From Amoeboradix gromovi X-113 (lineage: Eukaryota; Fungi; Sanchytriomycota): 23,666 bases of DNA. The DNA is taken from NCBI GenBank assembly GCA_018985225.1, contig JADGIF010000069.1, forward strand, positions 1 through 23,666, read 5' to 3'. Position 1 is the first letter of the stretch; every line of letters begins with the position of its first letter. The translations under genes and the position numbers were made by a program. Below are positions 19,544 to 23,666 of the stretch, piece after piece. The notes under the pieces are model-generated. The model had not been told where the DNA came from. It saw only the letters and a program-made list of their open reading frames with translations, and made no database searches.

Positions 19544-20398
19544 ATGTCTCTACTATCAAATAGATTATGCATTTCTTGCGGTGATGTGCACTCGAGGCAG
19601 ACAATCCTCAAGCATTATCATGAATGTCTCAGATCCTACAGCAAGGTAAAACCTCAAATTGATGTTAAAAATGACAAAGTTGAGAAGAATGACAAATATG
19701 AAAAGCAAGACGCAGCTATTCGAAATGAAAGGGCTGAACCATCTGAAGATAGCTTGCCTAGAATCAACCTAGAAGCTGATAAGGCTGCTATTCTAGATGG
19801 TGTAACTGAAGATTATCAAAACATCGAGAGAGTTGCTTGTCCTATTTGTGAGAGAAGATTTGCTACTAACGCCATTGATAGACATGTTAACACCTGCCAA
19901 AAAGTTAATTCAAAAAGACCTCGGAAATCCTACGATGCTCAGAAACACCGTGTTCAAGGCACCAGTGCTGCTGAATTTGTCAAAAAGAGCAGCAATTTCA
20001 GTGGTGCAGGACCTACTGCCTCAAATACCATTGAGCGCAAACCTTCAAAAACAAGCAAACCCAAGTTTAGTCCTACTTTTGAAACATCGAATGATAACAA
20101 ATTTGCTGGAGATCAAAAATTAGCTGAGAAGAGTGACGGACTTGTAGAATGCCCTACTTGCTCTCGCAGATTTAATTCAGACTCTGCTGAAAGGCATATC
20201 CCATACTGTGCAGAGCAAGCTCGGCTGAGCGTTCATAAAAAGGATGATCCTGCGAAGTTGAAAGAATTACAAAAACGCACCCAGTACAAACCTCCTTCCC
20301 CAGTAAAAAGAGATGTAGGATCATTTTGTAGCAATTGCGGTACCAGCAATGAATCTGCTAAAAAGTATTGTATAAACTGTGGCTATAAGAATCAGTAA
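19544..20398 (+). CDS. C2HC zinc-finger protein (ZC2HC1-like)
   Basis: C2HC fingers CPICERRF..RH..C and CPTCSRRF..AERHIPYC, a RKSYDAQKHR motif and a C-terminal FCSNCG..YCINCG ribbon. First in-frame ATG is at 19544. Confidence 0.85.
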   Translation: MSLLSNRLCISCGDVHSRQTILKHYHECLRSYSKVKPQIDVKNDKVEKNDKYEKQDAAIRNERAEPSEDSLPRINLEADKAAILDGVTEDYQNIERVACPICERRFATNAIDRHVNTCQKVNSKRPRKSYDAQKHRVQGTSAAEFVKKSSNFSGAGPTASNTIERKPSKTSKPKFSPTFETSNDNKFAGDQKLAEKSDGLVECPTCSRRFNSDSAERHIPYCAEQARLSVHKKDDPAKLKELQKRTQYKPPSPVKRDVGSFCSNCGTSNESAKKYCINCGYKNQ

Positions 20399-20400
20399 AT

Positions 20401-23160
20401 TTACTTCTTGCTTATTAAAGCGTCTAACATCAACTTAAATTCATCGCTATTCTTCTTATTTATGTTCAAGGCAATGGACTTCCACAACGGAGTTGTAAAT
20501 GATGACAGTTGCCCACATAGAAACAAATGCGATTTTGCACGAGTAATCAGTACGTTTACTCTTCTTTTATCATTCATAAATGTCGATCGCGCTATGTTCC
20601 TACTTTTCACCAATGATGCGAATATAATGGACTTCTCGCCTCCTTGAAATGCATCTATGGTGGACACTTGCAGTTTACTATAATCAGCTCCCAGCTGTAG
20701 TAACAGCTTATTAATTTCTTCTACTTGAGCTCTAAATGGCGTTATTATTCCTATTTCATTCAAAGAAATATTAAATTTTCTAATTTTTATAATACAATCC
20801 ACAATGAACTTTGCCTCCATTGTATTTCTACTGCTGCCATGGATATACTCTTCTTGTCCTTGACAATTTATAAGAAGCAGGGGATCAACATCTGTCAAGC
20901 AGCTTCCAACAGATTGTCCATTAATCACTGTGTTGTTATAAAATAGCCTGCTGCTTAGTTCCGAAATTGCGGAGTGACATCTGTATTGCGTTTGTAGTAC
21001 CACTGGATCAATCCAGCTTGCTACCCGTTCAAATAATGTGCGGTCTAAACCTTTAATGCAAGTAGTGTCAGATTTAGTTTCGATAGTAGGGGGTAGCTGC
21101 TTTGGATCGCCAAAGCATACCACTCGCTTGCATTCAAATCTAAGCGGCAATAGGCTGACTGGTTCTGTCATTTGAGATGATTCATCAAGAAATACAACTG
21201 GAAAATCGACACTCTTTAGGCAGTTAAGGGTAGTGGAATGACATGTAGTAGCCACAACCTTGCTGTTTAATATGCAACTTAAAGCGTCCTTTTCTATCAT
21301 AGTCTTGTATAAGTCATTTAGCAATTCCAACTCTTGCTCACTGTTGGCCATTTCTGCTGCCAACTTGTTAGCCTTTTGACAATCATCCTTGTTACTGCTA
21401 ACGCTGTATGGTAAAACATCTCTATGTATCTTCGTAATACTCCCAACGCGCACAAAGTCAGTAAATCCCAATTTAATTAAAATCAATAGAACACGATCTA
21501 CGGCTGTGTTCGTATTTGCTGCAATCAATATTTTAAAGTCATCGCAGTCTGATTTGTCGCTATTTATCGTATTTATAAGCAACATAATGCTCATTGCTAT
21601 AATGAATGATTTCCCACAACCATAGAACCCGTGGCAGAGCACAATTGGTATTTCTGTTGGTTCAAATACTGCTTTTGCTATGGTATGGAGCAGTCTTACT
21701 TGGTTTTTGTTTAAATCCACATGACTGCTTGCCTCTAACAGTTCATACTCCACCAACCAATCCAAGTGCCATGGTACATTTAATGCCTCGGTATATTCCC
21801 CAGTTGCTAAATAATGGCAAATACCTGTGTATCCAAAATCAGACGATTTGAGGATACTAATCAAATTTAAATCAAAATGAAACCCAAGTCTCAGCGCCAG
21901 TAGTGAGTGGCTGTTCGAGTCTTGAAACATTTCATCTAGTTTCTCAAGGTTATGGCTACCTACAGCCACAACATTGCATTCACTTGTCTTTCTGTTATTG
22001 CCAAATATCCGATTCTCAGATTTAACGAAATAATAATTCTTAAAATTCGTACCCTTACTTAACACCCACAGCTCATTTTGTACCATATCTGTATTTTTTG
22101 GTAAACTTAGTATTAATTGGGGCGTATCTGAGTGTCCATTAAATCTGCGGCTTAAAGTTGCTTTATGCAATGAGTCATTCACTTTGTTATCATTTTGAAG
22201 CTTTATGCAGTTTTCTAACTGTAAATTAGTACTAATTTGAATGTTTTCATATAGCTCCATCAGTATCCCGTTTAAATAGTCCTCCCTGTTTGTGTATTTA
22301 TCATTCAACTGACACTTTCTAAAAATTTGGAAATGTGAGGATTGTGCTTCCAACCCATCTAGACTAGTCAATTCGATCTTCCGCTTCTTTGTTATTATAT
22401 CCGAGGGTGTAGAATGTCTCTTTTTTTCGGTAGATAATTGGGTGGGGGCGTGCTCATTCTCACTCAGTAACAATTCCATTAAATCACAGTCGTTTGAGGT
22501 TGAACGAAGTGGTATCATAGGGAAAGAAACTGATTCTGTGTTCTCTGGTGTTGGTCCTTCAGCTTTTGTAGTGGTGTTCTTGTACGGTGTCTTGAAAGGT
22601 TTAAATGACGACTTCCTTTCTATTGCTGATGATTTCACATTAAGGATTAAATTTGGGCTGCATTTTACTTGTTGCGTATACGCTTGATCTACATATATCG
22701 CGTATGTGTTCTTCATTTTAAATTCCTTGCCAATTTCAATAGTTCTGTTTGCAACACCATCCCTGCATATTTTCTGCTTGCTCTCATTATACAACACAGC
22801 ATGTTCACCGTTTACACATAGAAATCCATCTGAATAGTTTTTGACCTTCTTCTGCAGCTGGGTCGAATATAGAATTACATAGTCAAATTCTATGGGTGCA
22901 GCCTCTTCTACTTCATTCTCATTCTCAGTTATTTCTTCTTCTTTATTATTCACCTTGGCTATGAGCTCAGGATCCTCTGTTCTAATGTAATAAAATGATA
23001 TTGTTCCCTTATCTGTTATATCCCCAGTTATCTTTGCATTTGCACATATCCAGTCTCCGTCTGTATCCCTTACAACATACTTTTTGTTAACATACTCTAT
23101 TTTTCCATCCTTCCATTTAGTTTTGCCCTTTTTATTCGTGAATTGAATGTCATATGGCAT
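20401..23160 (-). CDS. ZGRF1: ZGRF1-like protein: two DUF2439-like domains plus a DNA2/NAM7-type SF1 helicase
   Basis: N-terminal KWKDG and YVILYSTQLQKKVKNYSDGFL repeats. Helicase motifs HGFYGCGKS, TNTAVD, DESSQ, GDPKQLPP, QYRCH, TIDAFQGGEK and RVNVLITRAK. First ATG is at 23160. Confidence 0.85.
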   Translation of the reverse strand: MPYDIQFTNKKGKTKWKDGKIEYVNKKYVVRDTDGDWICANAKITGDITDKGTISFYYIRTEDPELIAKVNNKEEEITENENEVEEAAPIEFDYVILYSTQLQKKVKNYSDGFLCVNGEHAVLYNESKQKICRDGVANRTIEIGKEFKMKNTYAIYVDQAYTQQVKCSPNLILNVKSSAIERKSSFKPFKTPYKNTTTKAEGPTPENTESVSFPMIPLRSTSNDCDLMELLLSENEHAPTQLSTEKKRHSTPSDIITKKRKIELTSLDGLEAQSSHFQIFRKCQLNDKYTNREDYLNGILMELYENIQISTNLQLENCIKLQNDNKVNDSLHKATLSRRFNGHSDTPQLILSLPKNTDMVQNELWVLSKGTNFKNYYFVKSENRIFGNNRKTSECNVVAVGSHNLEKLDEMFQDSNSHSLLALRLGFHFDLNLISILKSSDFGYTGICHYLATGEYTEALNVPWHLDWLVEYELLEASSHVDLNKNQVRLLHTIAKAVFEPTEIPIVLCHGFYGCGKSFIIAMSIMLLINTINSDKSDCDDFKILIAANTNTAVDRVLLILIKLGFTDFVRVGSITKIHRDVLPYSVSSNKDDCQKANKLAAEMANSEQELELLNDLYKTMIEKDALSCILNSKVVATTCHSTTLNCLKSVDFPVVFLDESSQMTEPVSLLPLRFECKRVVCFGDPKQLPPTIETKSDTTCIKGLDRTLFERVASWIDPVVLQTQYRCHSAISELSSRLFYNNTVINGQSVGSCLTDVDPLLLINCQGQEEYIHGSSRNTMEAKFIVDCIIKIRKFNISLNEIGIITPFRAQVEEINKLLLQLGADYSKLQVSTIDAFQGGEKSIIFASLVKSRNIARSTFMNDKRRVNVLITRAKSHLFLCGQLSSFTTPLWKSIALNINKKNSDEFKLMLDALISKK

Positions 23161-23178
23161 TCTTAGCAATAAAACAAC

Positions 23179-23211
23179 GGAGGCATTACATTTAAAAACT
23201 AGACCGAGCAG
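23179..23211 (+). repeat. Degenerate copy of the 29-bp TIR family
   Basis: GGAGGCATTACATTTAAAAACTAGACCGAGCAG matches the family consensus TGGGACACCAAATATAAAAACTAGACCAAGTCG at 23/33, with an exact TAAAAACTAGACC core. Confidence 0.4.
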
Positions 23212-23421
23212 AAAAGTTCCACAATTTTAAGCATATTATTTTTCCTTCTTCTAAAACTGCTGAGAATACAAACATGAACCCGAAAAAATATTTGCAACGA
23301 TAGCTTTCTCAGCATAAATAGTAATGAATTTATTTATTTTTGCTGATTGCTGACTTGATGCTACTGAGATACGGGATTAAGCCATTTTTTAAGATAATTA
23401 ATGTGAGAATATCCAATGTTT

Positions 23422-23666
23422 CAGAGAAACTGAGAATGCCAGCCGCGGCACTACAGTGGTTGCTTGCGCTTTGGCTGGACTAGACATGGATACATACACT
23501 TCAATCATGTACTCTACCATATGGCCTATTTCTAATTCCAAATGACATTTGTACATGTGTATGTTTCTAAATTGGTTTTCTTTAGAGTACCACACCTTGT
23601 ACATGTCTGACTAGTAAATGATTCATTACATTCAACCATCGTCTTTCCTCTTTGTTTGCACTTGAA
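23422..23666 (-). pseudogene. Second TnpB/Fanzor2-like C-terminal remnant plus right-end motif (runs off the window end)
   Basis: FKCKQRGKTMVECNESFTSQTCTRCGTLKKTNLETYTCT, then a 1-nt frameshift near 23548, then KCHLELEIGHMV. The RuvC-II Glu is retained (23624-23622). 23581-23666 matches 8081-8166 at 77/86 nt. Confidence 0.87.

Noticed and set aside
2449-22687. Short track ORFs antisense to or nested in the long genes (e.g. 2449-2661, 10501-10938, 13374-13715, 20408-20647)
   Set aside because: Shadow ORFs of real genes, with no motifs and mostly non-ATG starts.
1-23666. CRISPR array, tRNA/rRNA genes, intact Fanzor or transposase gene
   Set aside because: No regularly spaced repeats or RNA gene signatures were seen, and all Fanzor-like copies in the window are truncated or mutated.

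Overview
AT-rich, very gene-dense eukaryotic DNA read with the standard code. The gene content suggests a compact fungal or opisthokont genome; this is inference only. Housekeeping genes are RNA pol I/III subunit AC19, beta-COP, NAP1, WDR59/Sea3, NDUFS6, Arp1/centractin, COG4, a ZC2HC1-type zinc finger, a ZGRF1-like helicase and a Yippee gene missed by the ORF track. Genes are almost intron-free, but two 19-20 nt GT-AG introns are needed to rebuild beta-COP and Yippee. The intergenic gaps hold relics of two separate TnpB/Fanzor-type (RNA-guided nuclease) element families. Family 1 is Fanzor1-like with 29-bp TIRs: a right end at 11-120, an internally deleted ORF plus right end at 8578-8990, and a 289-bp TIR-bounded mini element at 12858-13146. 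Family 2 is Fanzor2/IS607-TnpB-like: pseudogenes at 7873-8256 and 23422-23666 on the minus strand. Its conserved downstream non-coding motif (GC-GNRA-GC) recurs alone at 12143-12197 and is a candidate omegaRNA scaffold. No intact nuclease or transposase gene is in the window.
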